Assembly (NCBI GenBank): GCA_964016885.1
Contig: OZ024740.1
Span: 296,980,001-297,044,000 of the forward strand
Origin: Eledone cirrhosa
Taxonomy: Eukaryota
DNA length: 64,000 nt
Direction: 5' to 3'
Below the pieces are notes generated by a model, which was given only the letters and a program-made list of their open reading frames with translations, made no database searches and was not told the origin of the DNA. This document shows, in pieces, positions 63,103 to 64,000 of this stretch. Both the position numbers and the translations under genes were made by a program. The stretch's first letter is position 1; each line of letters opens with the position of its first letter.

Positions 63103-63400
63103 CAGGTAAGTCAATTATAATGTTCGAAATATATTACTGGTATAGTGTTTACTGAAAATAAATTGACGTGTGGTGTTTCTTTCTGTTTAAAATGTCCCTA
63201 ACGTAAAGAATAAAAGGCCCTTAACTTTTGATAAAGTCATTGGGGTGCCCTCACGACATATCGCGTCTCTTGGTAATTTTAACCTTTTGGAGATCATCCC
63301 TTTTTAAGTCTGAATACAGCCGATTGCTTCCAGATAAAGATAGGGAGGGAGGAGAGAGAGGGCGTGTGTGATAAAGAGAGATAGAAGAGCCAACCCTACT

Positions 63401-63665
63401 CAGGGGTGGTGAAAGCATTTCTGAATTGGCGCGAGGGGGGGGGGGGTAATTTGGTTAATTTACTTGTAGTGATTAGTTTAGCTGTTATTATCAAATATCA
63501 ACCAAGATATAAAAAACTTCGATATGCGATAAACATAACGTGTACATAGATTGTAGCGCATATACAAATAGATGTGTGTTTTGGTAGTTGGGGGAGAAAA
63601 GTAGAATTAATAAATGGGGGTGGAGAATGACTTCTCCCTCGGCTCCTCCAGTTCCACCGCCCCTG
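63401..63665. mobile_element. MITE with CAGGGGYGGTG termini and 5-bp flanking duplication
   Basis: ctact|caggggtggtgaaagc...gttccaccgcccctg|ctact. Confidence 0.75.
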
Positions 63666-63814
63666 CTACTATTGAACTGATTCTTTATTTATTGACCAGG
63701 ACCCAAGTTATCGAACTCCTCGTAGTGGGTGTTGGAAGCTGATCTCTGATCTCTAGTCTTTATCAGGCAAATGACAACAACCTGAGACAGCAATAGTCAA
63801 ACACGCAAGAAGAA

Positions 63815-63935
63815 AAAAAAGATGAACGGCAAAGTGGTCCTCGGCGGGATTTGAACTTAGAAGACAGGGAGCTAGAGAAAATACCATGAAGCATTCTATA
63901 CGATGTTCTTACGACCCTGTCAATTCAGCGCCTCT
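63815..63935 (-). mobile_element. Meta-like tRNA SINE 5' part
   Basis: gatgaacggcaaagtggtcctcggcgggatttgaacttagaa core. Confidence 0.7.
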
Positions 63936-64000
63936 CTAAATACATTACTAGTACTTAATTTACTGAAATTAATTTAATAGACGTGTCCTACATATTTCTG

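Overview
AT-rich eukaryotic (animal) genomic DNA. The SINE and RTE tails resemble octopus/cephalopod repeats, but that assignment is inference. No complete host gene is recognisable. Roughly a third of the window is degenerate (TA)n-derived microsatellite, which produces the many spurious YIYI ORFs. Embedded in these tracts is a dense nest of retroelements: about 11 copies of one young RTE family, other RTE families, two CR1/L2-group LINEs, and several Penelope-like elements (PLEs) or solo pseudo-LTRs. The PLE-type sequences carry at least seven hammerhead-ribozyme motifs. Also present are three tandem copies of an RTE-derived non-autonomous element, tRNA-derived SINEs, a non-autonomous Helitron, an LTR with a tRNA-Trp primer-binding site, two MITEs and a 200-N assembly gap. 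The most notable signals are the shared TA-microsatellite landing pad, the ribozyme variants, a LINE ORF1 with Myb/trihelix plus CCCH architecture, several long fold-backs and a candidate micro-exon. Element boundaries were read by eye and may be off by a few bases.
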